Assembly (NCBI RefSeq): GCF_009914755.1
Contig: NC_060932.1
DNA from: the human T2T-CHM13v2.0 reference genome, Homo sapiens
Strand: one strand, 5' to 3'
DNA length: 64,000 bases
Program-made: the position numbers and the translations under genes
Shown: positions 1-64,000 of the stretch, piece after piece
How positions within the stretch are numbered: the stretch's first letter is position 1
How the letters are laid out: each line of letters starts with the position of its first letter
The notes under the pieces: model-generated
Database searches by the model: none
What the model was told of the DNA's origin: nothing
The model's input: the letters and a program-made list of their open reading frames with translations, nothing else

Positions 1-74
1 AATTACAGAGTCAAACACAGACTCAGCCTGCATCAGGGCCTCTGCTGCCCGCCCTATCCATGCGGTTGGCTAAC

Positions 75-57767
<57,693 letters not shown>

Positions 57768-58639
57768 CTACAGGAGAAAACAGAAAGTTGAGTAGCATAT
57801 TAAAGTTGGAAGAAGACGTCATATGAGAAACCTGAAATCAAAAATGGTGAACAAATTTCCCCAGGTCAAACACATTCAATGACAGAGCCAGGGCTAAAAT
57901 GCAGGTGTATGGACTCGAGTCCTGTGCTGTTTCTTCTCTGCCAAGCCATTGCACTAAAAATAGGGAGTTTTAGCCTTTGATAAAGGACGGGGAAATGTCA
58001 TGAAACCTACCTTTATTTCGGTTTAACACAAATTAATTCTAAGTCATCTGCCCTATTTTATAGGCAAGATGATACCACAAGAACACAGACTACTCAGAAT
58101 AAAAAAGGACTCCTTAAATGCCTCCAACATCTTCCTCCTTAGAGGAACAAGCATGATACTTACTTGGCAACCTCCTCCACAACCCCCTGTACTGGGAGTC
58201 TCTGTGAAGCCTAATAATGGCTCAGAAAGTTGCTGTTACAAGCTATCAAGCACCTTGTAAAGTTTTTAAAACATAAGGTACAATTATAGTCTCACAAAAA
58301 AGTATGTTAAAGCAACTTCATTTTCTTCGCTCTGATAGCACTTCAAAAGCTACTAAGATTGCAAGTTCTACAGAAGCACTTCCACCGTTCAGACAATGGT
58401 CCTGAGAAGAGATACTGTCTTCATGACACTCAAACTGCTAAGTACAGTGAAACGGCTTTAGGACCGACTGGCTTCCAACAGAATGAAAAACCACCCTCAC
58501 TTGAGAACATTAAAAATAGAGATTTAACTCAAGCACAAAAGAAGACTTGGGGCATCAAGCCCACTGCGCTCTGCTGCACCACAGACAAGGCTGCCTATGC
58601 AGGCGACCTCCTGGCGCCCACACCCTAGTACTCTCTGCT

Positions 58640-59090
58640 TCCCTTGAGGGTGGCCAGGACTTATTCATCGGTCTCCAAGGAATGAAAGTGATGGCATGTC
58701 ACCTCTAAGGGTAGATTCAAAGAAGATGGTGGCTTCTGTCTTGGGTGTTTTCTTTCACTCTGGGGGAAACGGGCTGCCGTGAAGTGAGGTGGCCCTACGA
58801 AGAGAGGCCCACAGGCACGAGTTTGGAAGCAGATCTTCTGGACCCTGCTGACAACCATGTAAGTGAGCAGACACCTCCCCACACCGGTCATGCCTTGAGA
58901 TGATGATGACGGCAGCCCCCCATCCCCAACACTTTAATTACATCCATGTGAAACAACCCGGCTAGAGCCACGTCATTAAGCCACACGCACCCGGAGTCCT
59001 GACCTATGGAAACCCTGAGACAATAAATGACTTGTTTGCAGCTGTTCCTCTGGGGGTAATCTGTTACAATCAATAGATAACTACTCATAT
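58640..59090 (+). mobile_element. MLT1-like MaLR LTR
   Basis: agatcttctggaccctgctgacaaccatgtaagtgag...ctgagacaataaatg...aatagataac end; boundaries approximate. Confidence 0.55.
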
Positions 59091-60931
59091 ATTAGGATAC
59101 CAACCCAGGCTAAGACAAATCATCGAAGCAAACAAAAAGATTGAATATACTCTTTTTAGGAACAGAATGTCACTGAATGACAGACTCTCAAGATTAGAGG
59201 GAACACTCCAATGGGCCAGTAATGGGAAACTCACTAGAGCATAAGAAAGCTAACTCTACTTTGGGGCAGCATTAACCTATGGAAAACTGCTTTTGAAAAT
59301 AAAAGGCTTTTCCAATCTTATTACAATGAAAATGAGTTGGTACAATCTGTGATTTCCCCAGTCTTTGTGCACACACTTTACTTAGGTCTCCACCTTTTGT
59401 GAGTTCGATTTATCACAGAGCCTGGTTTTATCGGTGAGAAAACAGGTTTGTTCGGACAATGGAGGTTAAATCTTGCACTCTGCCTAAAAATCTAGAACTG
59501 GTAAGTTGAACAATATCCTAGCCCAGTTAGACTCTGCCTTCAAGTCCAACATGATTTCCACTCCCCCACAGCTGCCCACAATACACATTTGGTAACACAG
59601 AGAAAGTTCAGGCCTGAAGATTAAATAAGGTGACCTGACATCTTTCCAAATTATCTTGCCCTAGTTTCAGAAACAAAATGATTCCTAAGGTGTTACTAAA
59701 AGGTCAATATGATCACAGACAATATGTCCCTTATTCATATACCAGTGAAAGTTTGGTTTTCCACAGAAAACATAATTATATTGCTGAAGAAAATATAATT
59801 TAATGCATGACATGGGAAGAACTATAACTAATTTGGACTTTAGGAGGTAAAAGCCATGACTGTTTGCTTTGCTCTTCACTCCTAGACATTAATCTCACAT
59901 AGCTGGTGCTCCAGATTTGGCAACTTCCAGAAAAAATTCATGAAGAGTCCCATGAACATGAATGAAATTCAAATGTGATATAACGAAAGCACAGGAATTC
60001 AATCTCATCACCATTTGGTTCACTGGCAGCATCGCATTGTCCTCTGAGAACCACTGCACACTGTCAGCCCACGTGAACAGCAAATGCTCTCAGCTGAAAG
60101 GGGATTTGTAACGATAACTACCAAAGGAGAAAAGCATGTATATTGTGCTCCAATTTATGCTGAGAAAAGGAAACCTGGCAAACAACAAATGCTTGATATT
60201 TTAAAAGCCCTTGTTCATGGAGCAACAATACCCTTATGTTAAAAATGACCTCATGCCATCAGCAAAAAGGAAATCACAACAAAAGAACTGGCACTCATTC
60301 AAGGAGAAAGTAGAAAGTGTCTTGTTTACTCTTTAACTGTTTAGGCAAATCAGATGAGGTTTGTTTCAAAGGTGGCAACAGCAAATTAAATAGTCATAGG
60401 AAAGAATTTACTTTTGGAAGTCAGAATTTTTAAAAGCTGAAAGAACTCTGTGAAGACATATAATCCAATTATTTCATTTTACAGATGAGAAAGTGAGACC
60501 CAGGAAAACGACAGACTTTTCAAAGGTCACAGAGCTGATTCAGAACAGAGCTGAAATTACTCATTCACTCGACTCTTCCTGGAGTTCACCACTAGGGAGG
60601 ATGCTGGTAAGTAATACTATATAACAAGGACTAAGATGATAGAGATAAATACAATATGGTCTAAAACAAACAGCAGAGAGCCAAATCTTGAAAGGTTAAG
60701 GAAGACTCTCACAGAAAGTGACACTTGAGACCCAAAGATAGAGAAGCATCACCCAGGTAAAGGGAGAGGGGAGAGGAGGGAGGAGAGACTGAAGAGATGG
60801 GAGGGGAAAGCATGTTCCAAGTGGAACAAGAGTAAAGTCCTAGAGGCAAGACAACACTCATCACTTAGCTGGAATTTGTAACACCAAGAAGCACAAGATG
60901 AACAATAAAAAAAGTAAAAGGGGTCAGCTCA

Positions 60932-64000
<3,069 letters not shown>

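Overview
Human genomic DNA from the middle of the kinesin-3 gene KIF13B (GAKIN), transcribed on the minus strand. I could reconstruct 23 consecutive coding exons by eye. All have GT-AG boundaries and consistent phases, and together they give 3138 nt (1046 codons) with no stop. They run from the end of the motor domain through the neck, FHA domain and MAGUK-binding stalk into the tail. Exon numbers 11-33 are from memory of the reference gene model. The introns are dense in repeats: about 40 Alus, a near full-length Tigger1, a MADE1, and MER/L2/L3/MLT/old L1 fragments. Most six-frame ORFs outside the exons are Alu or chance ORFs. The most notable element is a very young, human-specific pre-Ta L1HS insertion of about 1.6 kb with a twin-priming 5' inversion, intact ORF2 frames and a clean TSD. 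Smaller oddities are a MADE1 hairpin next to a splice donor, a perfect 48-bp tandem duplication, a fold-back/tandem 21-mer scar, a 30-nt microexon, and closely spaced inverted Alus around in-frame exon blocks. I found no convincing wholly new biological system; the findings are testable hypotheses.
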